The translations under genes and the position numbers were made by a program. This document shows positions 18,783-28,626 of a stretch of DNA of 64,000 bases, in pieces. The stretch covers positions 480,001 through 544,000 of the forward strand of contig CBDBOV010000005.1 of assembly GCA_965208575.1 (NCBI GenBank), written 5' to 3'. Every line of letters starts with the position of its first letter. Position 1 is the stretch's first letter. Below the pieces are notes generated by a model that ran no database searches, was not told the origin of the DNA, and was given only the letters and a program-made list of their open reading frames with translations. The DNA is from Spirochaetia bacterium. Its GTDB lineage: Bacteria > Spirochaetota > Spirochaetia > SZUA-6 > Bin103.

Positions 18783-20582
18783 ATGCAACACGCAATCTTG
18801 CGAAAGATCCTGGCGGTACTGATCGGTCTCGGTCTGGCCGCGACCGGCCTCTGGGCCGCTGCCAGCGAAGAGGCACCGGCAGCCGCCGCCGGGAAGGAGA
18901 TGGTGACCGACCCCACTACCGGAAACCAGGTGGTGGCGCCGGGCTATGGCGGAACACTGACCCTGCCCTACAAGCTTCCAGACATTGCTCCCACTGACCC
19001 CTTTTATGACGGTGGACGCCCGACATGGTGGATCAGTGGCGTTAATGAGAAACTCGCCTACGCGAACTGGGCAATAGATAGGGACGAATTTGATTTCAGT
19101 TCCTATTACTACCCTTTTAGCGTCATGACAGGGAACCTGGTGGAAAGCTGGGCAACACCCGACCCACTAACTATCGTCTTCCACATCCGCAAGGGCGTTC
19201 ACTGGCACAATAAGGCACCGATGAACGGTCGGGAGCTGACTGCCGGTGATGTCGAGTATAACTTTCGGCGCATTAAGGGTTGGGGCAAGGAGGGAGTTCC
19301 ATTACAGCAGTTCGACATATTCCGCATGCCAGTCGAATCGATAACGGCCACCGACGAATCGACGGTTGTCGTCAAGATGGAGCAGCCATCCCTCGATGCA
19401 GTGCCCTCTTTTACAACCGGAACCATGGCTTTTATATTGCCCCCCGAGGTAATCGAACAACACGGCGACTACAAGGATTGGCGGAACATGGTCGGCACCG
19501 GGCCCTTTATGCTGACTGACTTGGTCGAAGGCGTCTCCAGGACCTATATCAAGAATCCTGACTACTGGGGCCACGACCCAAAGTACCCGGAGAACCGGTT
19601 GCCCTATGTTGACGAAGTAAGGCATCTGTATATGGGAGACGAAGCGACACTGCTCGCCGCCCTACGCTCGGCCAGCATTGACATGGTACATACTTCCGGG
19701 GGCATGTCCGTGGGATCCATCGATACGGTACGGAGCCTCCAGCGGACTAATCCAGAACTCCAGGTGGGCCCTTTTTGGATTTACAATAATAGCTCTGCTT
19801 CCATGAACACGCGCAACCCGCCCTTTGACGACATCAGGGTACGCCAGGCCATGCAGATGGCAGTGGACCGGGAGACGATCAACGAGACTTACTATAGCGG
19901 TCTTGGGAAGCCAACACCAACGGGAGTCATCGGAGATAACCTTAAGGGATTTTACGTCCCGTTTGAAGAGTGGCCCGAAGAGGTCAAGAAAACCTATAGG
20001 TATGACCCGGAAGGGGCGGAAGCATTGCTTGATGCGGCTGGATATCCGCGCGGTGCGGACGGCGTTCGATTCAAGACCACGTATGTTTTCCGTGGCGTTT
20101 TTGATATAGGCATTATAGAAGTACTTGCCGGCTACTGGGATGAAATTGGCGTTAGTGTAGCGATTACTCCATATGACAGTCCGACTTGGCAAGCCCTTGT
20201 ATCAGACCACTCGTATGAAATGGCCACCGGGGCCGTGAACGCGAGTCTTACCCCGGCCGCAGTCATGGGCTGGTATAGCTGGGCTGCGAAGGCGTTAACG
20301 CTGGAAACGGCCGGCGGAGGTGCGCCGGAGTTGGACGCTGCCCATGATAGCTTTTTCGCCGCTACCAGCATTGAGGAGCAGCAGAAGTTCGCCAAAGAGT
20401 ACGACATGTTTATAATACGGAATCAGTTCAATGTAATGGGTCCTAAAGCTCCCATGTTTCAGTTCGCCCATCCGTGGGTGAAAGGTTGGAACGGTGAAGC
20501 CAACATGGCCAACTGGAACGATTATACGATCTTCGCCCGCTTTTGGATCGACCAGGATCTGAAGAAAGAAATGGGGTTTTAG
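18783..20582 (+). CDS. Family-5 ABC substrate-binding protein
   Basis: GGAGG RBS, signal peptide, GRELTAGDVEY, VGTGPF, PFDDIRVR. Confidence 0.9.
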   Translation: MQHAILRKILAVLIGLGLAATGLWAAASEEAPAAAAGKEMVTDPTTGNQVVAPGYGGTLTLPYKLPDIAPTDPFYDGGRPTWWISGVNEKLAYANWAIDRDEFDFSSYYYPFSVMTGNLVESWATPDPLTIVFHIRKGVHWHNKAPMNGRELTAGDVEYNFRRIKGWGKEGVPLQQFDIFRMPVESITATDESTVVVKMEQPSLDAVPSFTTGTMAFILPPEVIEQHGDYKDWRNMVGTGPFMLTDLVEGVSRTYIKNPDYWGHDPKYPENRLPYVDEVRHLYMGDEATLLAALRSASIDMVHTSGGMSVGSIDTVRSLQRTNPELQVGPFWIYNNSSASMNTRNPPFDDIRVRQAMQMAVDRETINETYYSGLGKPTPTGVIGDNLKGFYVPFEEWPEEVKKTYRYDPEGAEALLDAAGYPRGADGVRFKTTYVFRGVFDIGIIEVLAGYWDEIGVSVAITPYDSPTWQALVSDHSYEMATGAVNASLTPAAVMGWYSWAAKALTLETAGGGAPELDAAHDSFFAATSIEEQQKFAKEYDMFIIRNQFNVMGPKAPMFQFAHPWVKGWNGEANMANWNDYTIFARFWIDQDLKKEMGF

Positions 20583-20802
20583 TAATCGCATCGTAGTACA
20601 ACTGATTTCCGGTCCCCGCCCGTGTCGAGCCCATACTGCGTAGGCGGTGAGCGGGGCGAACGCTGATGCAGCCAGGCGGGTAGCAACTGGTAAACGGTGG
20701 GATGGCGGCACCAGTCTGCCATCCCACTTTCAATATAAGAAACCGCCGATACATACAGGGAGGCTAGAGATTCACTGTTAAACCAATGCTGAGGTGTATG
20801 AC

Positions 20803-21804
20803 ATGAGAGCCTATATCATCAGGAGGGTATTGCTGATCATCCCCACCCTGTTCATATTGACCGTCCTGGTCTTTCTGTCGGTCCGCTTCATCCCGGGTGA
20901 TGTCATAGACATAATGGCCAGCAGGTTGGACCATGCGATGGCCGCGTTTGACCGTGAAGCTGTTGAGCGTGCGCTGGGATTAGACCAACCTGTGTACGTG
21001 CAGTATGGACGCTGGATAGGAGTCTTGCCGACCCCTGACTGGGTTACCGGTGAGTCCCACTTCAAAGGTCTCCTCCAGGGCAACCTTGGCCACTCACTGG
21101 TTGGCGGCGGTTACGCGATAGGGGAGAGGATCGTAGATAGATTGCCGGTTACCTTCGAGCTCGGGTTGCTGGCCATCCTCATCGGCCTGGTCATCGCGCT
21201 GCCGGTCGGCATCTACTCGGCGGTGCGGCAGTACACCGCTGCCGACTACGTGGGACGATCGGTCGCCATCATGGGGCTGGCGACGCCCAACTTCTGGCTG
21301 GGAACGATGGTGATGATCTACCCGGCCATCTGGTGGGCGTGGGCGCCGCCGATGGAGTTTGTTTCATTCTCCGAAGACCCACTGGGCAACCTCGGCATGT
21401 TCCTGATTCCCAGCCTGATCCTCGGCACCTACCTGGCGGCCAGCACCATGCGCATGACCCGCACCATGATGCTGGAGGTGCTGCGCCAGGACTACATCAG
21501 GACCGCCTGGGCCAAGGGGCTGCTGGAGCGGTCGGTAATCCTGCGCCACGCGGTCAAGAACGCCATCATCCCGGTGGTGACGCTGGTGGGCATGCAGATC
21601 CCGATTCTGGTGGGCGGCTCGGTGATCATCGAGAACATCTTCAACCTGCCGGGGCTGGGACGGCTGATGCTGGATACGCTCACAGACAGAGACTACCCGG
21701 TGGTCTCGGGGCTGAACCTGTTCTTCGCCACGGTCGTCGTCTTGGTCAATCTCCTGACCGATCTGCTGTACGCGGCGCTGGACCCGCGGATTCGCTACGA
21801 ATGA
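20803..21804 (+). CDS. ABC permease (DppB-like), mosaic
   Basis: EAA loop DYIRTAWAKGL. The N-terminus resembles the 37603 copy and the C-terminus resembles the 8783 copy. Confidence 0.92.
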   Translation: MRAYIIRRVLLIIPTLFILTVLVFLSVRFIPGDVIDIMASRLDHAMAAFDREAVERALGLDQPVYVQYGRWIGVLPTPDWVTGESHFKGLLQGNLGHSLVGGGYAIGERIVDRLPVTFELGLLAILIGLVIALPVGIYSAVRQYTAADYVGRSVAIMGLATPNFWLGTMVMIYPAIWWAWAPPMEFVSFSEDPLGNLGMFLIPSLILGTYLAASTMRMTRTMMLEVLRQDYIRTAWAKGLLERSVILRHAVKNAIIPVVTLVGMQIPILVGGSVIIENIFNLPGLGRLMLDTLTDRDYPVVSGLNLFFATVVVLVNLLTDLLYAALDPRIRYE

Positions 21805-21812
21805 GCCGGGCC

Positions 21813-21862
21813 GATGGATGACGGTGGGTGACGATGGGTGACGATGGGTGACGATGGGTGAC
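21813..21862 (+). repeat. Five 10-bp tandem units of GATGGGTGAC covering the permease C start codon
   Basis: GATGGATGAC GGTGGGTGAC (GATGGGTGAC)x3; only a single unit in the paralogue at 9881-9890. Confidence 0.9.
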
Positions 21863-22795
21863 GTATCCCGGCTGACGCCGGCCGGCGCCGAGCCGGTCGC
21901 GGGGGCGGCTGCGACGGGGCGGGCGGGGCTGAGGAAGTTCTTCGGGCGGCTGGTGCGCGAGCAGCCGCTGGGCACCGCCGGCGGCATCGTCATCCTGCTC
22001 CTGGTGCTGGTCAGCATCTTCGCCGATTCGCTGGCGCCCTATCGCTACCAGGAGATCCACCTGCGCGACCGCTTGCAGGGCCCGTCGGCGCAGTACCTGC
22101 TGGGCACCGACCACGCGGGGCGGGACTTCCTGAGCCGCCTCATCCACGGGGCGCGGATGTCGTTGACGGTGGGACTGGCCGCCACCGCGCTCAACGTCGT
22201 GGTGGCGGTGCTGGTCGGCGGTACCACCGGCTTCATCGGCGGCCGGCTGGACCTGGTGACGCAGCGCTTCGTCGACGCCTGGATGGCGTTCCCGGGACTG
22301 CTGTTGCTGCTCACCATCATGTCGATTGCCGGCCGCGGCATGCTGCAGATCATCATCGTGCTGGGGGTATCGGGCGGCATCCCGGCCTCGCGCGTGGTGC
22401 GCGGCGCGGTGCTGGGGGTGAAGGAGAACGTTTACTTCCAGGCGGCGCAGGCGATCGGCAGCTCGCGCCGGCGCTCGCTGCTGCGCCACGTGCTGCCCAA
22501 CATCGCGGCGCCGATCATCATCATCTTCAGCATCAACGTGGGCGGGGTGATCATGTCGGAGGCGGCGCTGAGCTTTCTGGGGTTCGGCCTGCCGGCGGAC
22601 GTGCCGAGCTGGGGCGGCATGCTCAGCCGCGAGGGGCGGAAGTACATGGAGATCGCGCCGCACCTGGCGCTGTGGCCGGGGGTATGCCTGACCGTGGTGG
22701 TGTACAGCCTCAACATGTTCGGCGACGCGGTGCGCGACCTGCTCGACCCCCGCCTGCGCGGCCGCCTCGGCCGCTACGGCGCCGCCCGGAAGTAG
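21854..22795 (+). CDS. ABC permease (DppC-like)
   Basis: Near-identical to 9882-10817. Confidence 0.92.
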   Translation: MGDVSRLTPAGAEPVAGAAATGRAGLRKFFGRLVREQPLGTAGGIVILLLVLVSIFADSLAPYRYQEIHLRDRLQGPSAQYLLGTDHAGRDFLSRLIHGARMSLTVGLAATALNVVVAVLVGGTTGFIGGRLDLVTQRFVDAWMAFPGLLLLLTIMSIAGRGMLQIIIVLGVSGGIPASRVVRGAVLGVKENVYFQAAQAIGSSRRRSLLRHVLPNIAAPIIIIFSINVGGVIMSEAALSFLGFGLPADVPSWGGMLSREGRKYMEIAPHLALWPGVCLTVVVYSLNMFGDAVRDLLDPRLRGRLGRYGAARK

Positions 22796-22888
22796 CGGCG
22801 TCAGCTCTCGATTTGATTGCTGTTGATTGTTCCGGCGGCTTTACCGGAACGGACGGTCGGCGCTACAATAGGATAAGCGAACGTACCC

Positions 22889-23167
22889 ATGACCGACGGC
22901 AACGGACACCGCGATCCAGCGACCCCGCAGGAGATCTGGAACGTCCATCAGGCCAAGACCAATTTCTCGCGATTGCTGGAGCGTGTCCGGCGCGGTGAAG
23001 AGATCGTGATCGCCAAGGCTGGCAAGCCCGTGGCCAAGCTCATTGCGTACCACGACGCCGGAGCGCCGAGACGCGGTGGCCAGTGGCACGGCCGCGTAAA
23101 GTTCGCCGCCGACTTCGACGAGTTGCCGGCCGAGCTGACGGACGCGTTCTCCGGCCGCCGCGATTGA
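22889..23167 (+). CDS. Phd/YefM antitoxin with a chimeric N-terminus
   Basis: MTDGNGHRDPATPQEIW (identical to the 10910 gene) joined to NVHQAKTNFSRLLERVRRGEEIVIAKAGKPVAKL. Confidence 0.85.
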   Translation: MTDGNGHRDPATPQEIWNVHQAKTNFSRLLERVRRGEEIVIAKAGKPVAKLIAYHDAGAPRRGGQWHGRVKFAADFDELPAELTDAFSGRRD

Positions 23168-23180
23168 AATCGCGATTTCC

Positions 23181-23555
23181 ATGCTGTTGCTCGATACCCA
23201 CGTTCTGCTGTGGTGGCTGGATGATCCGGCGTCGCTGGAAGCACCGGCCCGCAGGCTCATCGCCGACCCGCGCAACCGTGTGTTCGTGAGCGCGGCGGTG
23301 GCATGGGAGATTACCATCAAGCGCCAGCTCGGCAAGCTGGAGGCGCCGGACGATCTCGAAGCCGCACTCGAACAGGAGCGCTTTCAGCACCTGCCGATCA
23401 CGGTCGGCCACGCGCTGGTGGTAGCCGAGTTGCCGGCGATTCATGGCGACCCCTTCGACCGTATCCAGATTGCACAAGCTCGTCTGGATGCGCTGACCAT
23501 CGTCACCCGCGACGAGACGATCCCCCGCTACGACGTGCCCTGCCTGCGCGCGTGA
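23181..23555 (+). CDS. vapC: VapC-family PIN toxin
   Basis: LLLDTHVLLWW, SAAVAWEI, HGDPFDRIQIAQA, IVTRD. Confidence 0.9.
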   Translation: MLLLDTHVLLWWLDDPASLEAPARRLIADPRNRVFVSAAVAWEITIKRQLGKLEAPDDLEAALEQERFQHLPITVGHALVVAELPAIHGDPFDRIQIAQARLDALTIVTRDETIPRYDVPCLRA

Positions 23556-23711
23556 ACAAGGTGATGGCCCATGGCGAACCCGTTTCGTCCCGGCCCGGCC
23601 TACGTGCAGCGCCTTGCCAGCCGGGCGCCTCGCCGCTCTCGGTGCGACGCCGGGTTCCACCACGGGCTGCTGTGGTGCTACGATCAGCGAATACCACAGG
23701 AGGTATCGAAC

Positions 23712-25361
23712 TTGGTAACCCATGGAAGACTTGGGATGGCGGCTGTTGCCGCCGTGTTGGCACTCTCTTTGGCGGCGACGCACGCCTGGGCGGCGGGGGA
23801 AGCGGACTCCGCAGCGGCGGGCAGCACCGCCGAGTCGGGCTACACGCTGCCGATCGTGGAGCCGGGCAGCGTTACGCTGAGCTACGCCGGCTGGGAGCAT
23901 CCGGTCGGGTTCGGCGACGGCCCGGTCTGGCAGCAGATCCTGGAGGACACCGGCGTCGAGATCGACTGGCAGGTGGTGCCCAGCAACGAATACACCACCT
24001 TCATCAAGACCAGGATTGCCGCCGCGGCGGACCTGCCCGACATGCTGACCCTGGGCTGGAACTACGTGGTCGGCAGTCCGGTGGACCTGCACGCCCAGGG
24101 GGCGACCATCAAGCTGACCGAGCTGGTGAACCGCTATGCGCCCAACACCAAGCGGCTGCTGGAGGAATTCACCGAGATGCGGCCCGCCCTGGTGGCGCCG
24201 GACGGCGAGGTCTACGCCACCGCCGCGCGCACGGTGCCGCCGATCAGCAACTACAAGAACTGGTACATCCGCGAGGACTGGCTGGAGAAGCTGGGGCTGG
24301 ACAAGCCGGAGACCCTGGAGGAGTGGCTCACCGTGGCGAAGGCGTTCGCGACCCAGGATCCCAACGGCAACGGCGAGCAGGACGAGGTTGCGCTCAGCCC
24401 GCGGTCGCTGTGGCAGCTTGAGTGGTTCGGCTCGTCCGGTCTCGACCTGGACATCTACTACAGCTTCGGATTCTCGCTCGACAACGGCGTGCTCTCCTAC
24501 GACTACATCAGCCCCAAGTACCGCGACTATCTCGCGTTCCTGAACGAGCTGTACGAGGCCGGCGCCATGGCGCAGGAGGTCACCCAGTCGGGACAGATCC
24601 AGAATTCGCTGAACGCGGACGACCGCCTGGGCGGCTTCTGGACCGGCATCGGCGGGGTATTGTTCAGGAACCGCCTGCTGCGCGAGTCCGACATCGCCGG
24701 CACGTACACGTGGACACCCCTCCCCAAGAACCCGCAAGGAGTGTCCCGCTACGTGCACGAGCCGCTGGTCGGCGCCGCTACGGTGATCACCAGCCAGAGC
24801 AAGAACCCGGAGGTCGCCATCAAGTGGCTGGACTACGTGTGGGCGAGCCCGGAGGGCTACCTGTACGCCAACTACGGCCTCGAAGGCGAGCACTACAACA
24901 TCAACCCACAGAAGAGTTCCGCTTCGCCGTGGCTGAAGCACTTCGCCGGCCTGCCCGAGTACAGCGACGCCATCCGCAACAACCCGGAAGGCAAGTCGGT
25001 GCAGTCGGTGCTGGCGGACATCGGTTCGTTCAACCATCCGCTGTACGCCGATGACGACGAGTCGTTCGCGGCGCGCTTCTCGGAGGATCCGTTCTCGTAC
25101 GAGCTGACCCAGCTCGCCGCGCCGATCGCGGTGTCGCCGTTTCCGCGCTACCTCGGTTCGCCGGAACAGGATCGGCGCCTGCGCGCCCTGCGCGAGGAGA
25201 TCAACCCGACCCAGGAAGAGTGGACGTTCAAGTTCATTACCGGGCAGGAGTCGCTCGACCGGTTCGACGACTACGTCGCCACCATGAAGCGGGTCGGCGT
25301 CGACGAGCTGGTGGAAATCATCCAGCAGCAGCACGACGACTACACCGCGTCGCTCAGGTAG
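23712..25361 (+). CDS. Carbohydrate-type (family 1) extracellular solute-binding protein
   Basis: GGAGG + TTG start inferred; signal peptide, YIREDWLEKLGLDKPETLEE, DPNGNG. Confidence 0.85.
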   Translation: MVTHGRLGMAAVAAVLALSLAATHAWAAGEADSAAAGSTAESGYTLPIVEPGSVTLSYAGWEHPVGFGDGPVWQQILEDTGVEIDWQVVPSNEYTTFIKTRIAAAADLPDMLTLGWNYVVGSPVDLHAQGATIKLTELVNRYAPNTKRLLEEFTEMRPALVAPDGEVYATAARTVPPISNYKNWYIREDWLEKLGLDKPETLEEWLTVAKAFATQDPNGNGEQDEVALSPRSLWQLEWFGSSGLDLDIYYSFGFSLDNGVLSYDYISPKYRDYLAFLNELYEAGAMAQEVTQSGQIQNSLNADDRLGGFWTGIGGVLFRNRLLRESDIAGTYTWTPLPKNPQGVSRYVHEPLVGAATVITSQSKNPEVAIKWLDYVWASPEGYLYANYGLEGEHYNINPQKSSASPWLKHFAGLPEYSDAIRNNPEGKSVQSVLADIGSFNHPLYADDDESFAARFSEDPFSYELTQLAAPIAVSPFPRYLGSPEQDRRLRALREEINPTQEEWTFKFITGQESLDRFDDYVATMKRVGVDELVEIIQQQHDDYTASLR

Positions 25362-25418
25362 CCGCTCATCCGTTCTGATGACCGCCCCGGGGCCGCACCG
25401 CCGCCTCGGGGCGAATCC

Positions 25419-26378
25419 TTGGCCCAACCCGAGGTCGTGCCGTCGCCGGCGCAGGTGCGCGGATCCCCGCGCGTGAACCGATTGACCAAGGCGCTGTTCC
25501 AGGACCGCTACCTGTGGCTGCTGGCGGTGCCGGCGGTGGTGTACTACATCCTGTTCCACTACCTGCCGATGTACGGGCTGCTGATCGCGTTCAAGGACTT
25601 CAGCCCGTTTCTCGGCATTCTGCGCAGCCCGTGGGTCGGGTTCGTGTGGTTCGAGCAGTTCTTTACCTCGATCCACTTCGTGCGCACGGTGCGCAACACG
25701 CTGCTGCTCAATTTCTACGGCTTCTTCTTCAACTTCACGGTGCCGATCATCTTCGCGCTGCTGTTGAACGAGGTGCACAACAGCCTGTTTCGGCGCTGGG
25801 TACAGACCATCAGCTACATCCCGCACTTCGTCTCCATCGTGGTGGTGGTGGGGCTGATCAACGCCATGTTCAACACCGAGAACGGCCTGGTGAACACGGT
25901 GATGGGGCGGCTGGGGATGGAGCCGGTGCCGTTCCTGATCCTGCCGGGCTGGTTCCGGCCGCTGTACATCGGGTCCGACATCTGGCAGCACTTCGGCTGG
26001 CGCGCCATCATCTACCTGGCCGCGCTCACCGCCATCGACCAGGAGCAGTACGACGCCGCCTGGGTGGACGGCGCCAACCGCTGGCAGCAACTGCGCTTCA
26101 TCACGCTGCCGGGCATCGCGCCCACCATCATCATCCTGATGATCCTGTACGTCGGGCAGATGATGTCGGTGGGGTTCGAGAAGATCCTCTTGATGTACGG
26201 CCCCGGCACCTACGAGACCGCGGACGTGATCGCGACGTTCGTGTATCGGCGCGGCATCGCCGGCGGCGACTACAGCTTCGCCGCGGCGGCGGGACTGTTC
26301 AACTCGGTGATCAACCTGGGTCTGATCCTGTTCGTCAACCGGCTCAGCAGGCAGTTCACGGGGACCAGCCTGTGGTAG
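25419..26378 (+). CDS. Sugar ABC permease (LplB-like)
   Basis: YLPMYGLLIAFKDF, SPWVG, IIYLAALTAIDQEQYDAAWVDGA. Confidence 0.9.
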   Translation: MAQPEVVPSPAQVRGSPRVNRLTKALFQDRYLWLLAVPAVVYYILFHYLPMYGLLIAFKDFSPFLGILRSPWVGFVWFEQFFTSIHFVRTVRNTLLLNFYGFFFNFTVPIIFALLLNEVHNSLFRRWVQTISYIPHFVSIVVVVGLINAMFNTENGLVNTVMGRLGMEPVPFLILPGWFRPLYIGSDIWQHFGWRAIIYLAALTAIDQEQYDAAWVDGANRWQQLRFITLPGIAPTIIILMILYVGQMMSVGFEKILLMYGPGTYETADVIATFVYRRGIAGGDYSFAAAAGLFNSVINLGLILFVNRLSRQFTGTSLW

Positions 26379-26402
26379 GCGCGTGGCCGTGGTGAGCGCA
26401 TC

Positions 26403-27281
26403 ATGAACATCCGCTATCGCCGCAACCTGGCCGAGCGGCTCGCCGAGTACGCCATCGCGCTGGTGCTGGCGGTGGCCGCGCTGGTCACCATCTTCCCGAT
26501 CCTGTACGTGTTCAGCAACTCGATCAGCGGCAGCCGCGCGATCCTGGGCGGCACGGTGTGGCTGTGGCCCCAGGACATCACCTGGGTCGGCTACCAGACC
26601 GTGGTGAAGTCGACCGAGGTGTGGCGCGCCTACTACAACACGCTGTGGTACACCAGCGTCGGCACCGCGCTCAACGTCGCGATCACGATGATGGTCTCCT
26701 ATCCGCTGTCGCGGCGTGCGTTCAGCGGGCGCGGACTGCTGATGTTCTTCATCGCCTTCACCATGTGGTTCAGCGGCGGCATCATTCCCACCTTCATCAT
26801 CGTGCGCAACCTGGGGCTGTACGCGACCCGCTGGGCGATGGTGCTGCCGACCGCGGCCGCGGCGTGGAACATCATCATCACCCGCACCTACCTGCAGAGC
26901 AACATCGACGACTCGATCCCGGAGTCGGCCAAGATCGACGGCGCCAACGACCTGACCATCTTCTTCCGCATCGTGGTGCCGGTGTCGAGCACGATCATCG
27001 CCGTGAACGTGCTGTTCTACGCGGTCGGGCACTGGAACGCCTACTTCCCGGCCTTGATCTACCTGCCCGATCCCGACCTGCACCCGCTGCAGATGGTCCT
27101 GCGCAGGCTCCTGATCCTGCCGCCCGAGGAGGAAGAGCGGATGGCGTTCGAGGCGATCGCCGGCGTCACCCGCAACCGCTTCGTGGTGATCATGGTGGGC
27201 ACGCTGCCGATTCTGGCCGTGTACCCGTTCCTGCAGCGCTACTTCATCAAGGGCGTGATGATCGGCGCCCTCAAAGGCTGA
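26403..27281 (+). CDS. Carbohydrate ABC permease
   Basis: FSGGIIP, ESAKIDGA, YPFLQRYFIKGVMIGALKG. Confidence 0.9.
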   Translation: MNIRYRRNLAERLAEYAIALVLAVAALVTIFPILYVFSNSISGSRAILGGTVWLWPQDITWVGYQTVVKSTEVWRAYYNTLWYTSVGTALNVAITMMVSYPLSRRAFSGRGLLMFFIAFTMWFSGGIIPTFIIVRNLGLYATRWAMVLPTAAAAWNIIITRTYLQSNIDDSIPESAKIDGANDLTIFFRIVVPVSSTIIAVNVLFYAVGHWNAYFPALIYLPDPDLHPLQMVLRRLLILPPEEEERMAFEAIAGVTRNRFVVIMVGTLPILAVYPFLQRYFIKGVMIGALKG

Positions 27282-27358
27282 CCGGAGCGAACAAATCTGC
27301 CACCATCGGTTCATATTGCGGTATGGTCTGCGGCACAGCAGAGGACAGGAGGATTGTA

Positions 27359-28138
27359 ATGGCTGACAAGCAGGCGCCGGCGGGGCTGGCGGATCTGGAA
27401 CGGGACGGATTTGTGCTGGTGCGCGGCGCGCTCGACGGCGACACGGTGGCGGCGTGGAAGCACAAGCTGTACGACATGCACCGCCGCGGCCTGAACGAAA
27501 TCGACAACAGCGTCGGCAACGTGGCGTTCGAGAGCCTGCTGAAGCTGGAGCCGGAGCTGGCGCTCGGCGTGGTCGGCCACCCGAGCGTCGCCCCCTACCT
27601 CAAGGCGATGCTCGGCAAGCAGTGCCAGCTCCGCTCGCTACGCGCCCACATCAACCCGCGCGCCTACCGCCAGGAGTGGCACATGGACTTCGCCGACTAC
27701 CACTACCAGGAGCGCAACGCCGGGGCGGCGCGGCCGCTGCGCGCGCTGTGCATGAACACCACCTTCTACCTGACCGACAACACCCCGGAGCGGGGCCGGC
27801 TCACGTTTCTGAAGAACTACGTCGACCGCCTGCTGCCGGACGAGCTGCTGCCGTACATCCACTACACCGACGACCGCAGCAACCCGTTCCAGGCGTGGTG
27901 CGACGCGCAGCCGCAGGAGCACCTGTACCCGCTCGCCGGCGACGCCATCGTGTTCTTCGCCCACATTCCCCACCAGGGGGTCAAGTTCGGCGACGACCCG
28001 GAGGACGACATCCGCGCCAACCTGGTGCTGCACTTCCAGCAGAACCCGATGTATCCCGGCATCAAGTTCGTCAGCAGCCCCGACTTCACCCTGCAAACCC
28101 TCGGCTACGCCGCCACCTTCCCCTTCGCCGACCCGTAG
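27359..28138 (+). CDS. PhyH-family dioxygenase
   Basis: AGGAGG RBS; LERDGFVLV, WHMD (HxD), AGDAIVFFAHIPHQG. Confidence 0.75.
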   Translation: MADKQAPAGLADLERDGFVLVRGALDGDTVAAWKHKLYDMHRRGLNEIDNSVGNVAFESLLKLEPELALGVVGHPSVAPYLKAMLGKQCQLRSLRAHINPRAYRQEWHMDFADYHYQERNAGAARPLRALCMNTTFYLTDNTPERGRLTFLKNYVDRLLPDELLPYIHYTDDRSNPFQAWCDAQPQEHLYPLAGDAIVFFAHIPHQGVKFGDDPEDDIRANLVLHFQQNPMYPGIKFVSSPDFTLQTLGYAATFPFADP

Positions 28139-28305
28139 CCCGCCGCAGCGTTCGGCACCTTGGCAACTACGAACCGTTGCAACCACAAAGCGTTGTGAGT
28201 ATTCAGGAGCAGCGATGCGAATCATGCGACGCGACCTAGCGTCTCAGCCGGCCGGCTCGATACACGGCCTTCGCTTTTCAACGCAGATTACGTATAGTTG
28301 GGATC

Positions 28306-28626
28306 GTGCTGTTCATTGAGACTTCGGAGTTCACCAAGCAATTGCCGGGTCATCTTGATGACGACAGCTACGCCGCGTTGCAGACGTTTCTCAGTGCGCA
28401 TCCGGATGCCGGGTCGATCATTCGTGGGTCAGGTGGTATCCGGAAGATACGCTGGAGGACCAGGGGCAGAGGTAAACGAAGTGGCATCCGGGTCATCTAC
28501 TACTGGCTCGTTGCCGACGACCATATCTATCTGCTCACTCTGTACGGCAAGGGAGTGAAGGACGACCTCTCGCCGGCCGAACGGGCCGCGTGGCGCAAGG
28601 TCGTCGAGGAGATCAAGCATGGCTGA
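28306..28626 (+). CDS. RelE/HigB-family toxin
   Basis: FIETSEF, GSGGIRKIRW...GKRSGIRVIYY. Confidence 0.88.
   Translation: MLFIETSEFTKQLPGHLDDDSYAALQTFLSAHPDAGSIIRGSGGIRKIRWRTRGRGKRSGIRVIYYWLVADDHIYLLTLYGKGVKDDLSPAERAAWRKVVEEIKHG

Noticed and set aside
23040-27314. 1424-aa minus-strand ORF
   Set aside because: Antisense shadow of the GC-rich sugar ABC genes, with no domain motifs. The same applies to most other antisense ORFs in the track.
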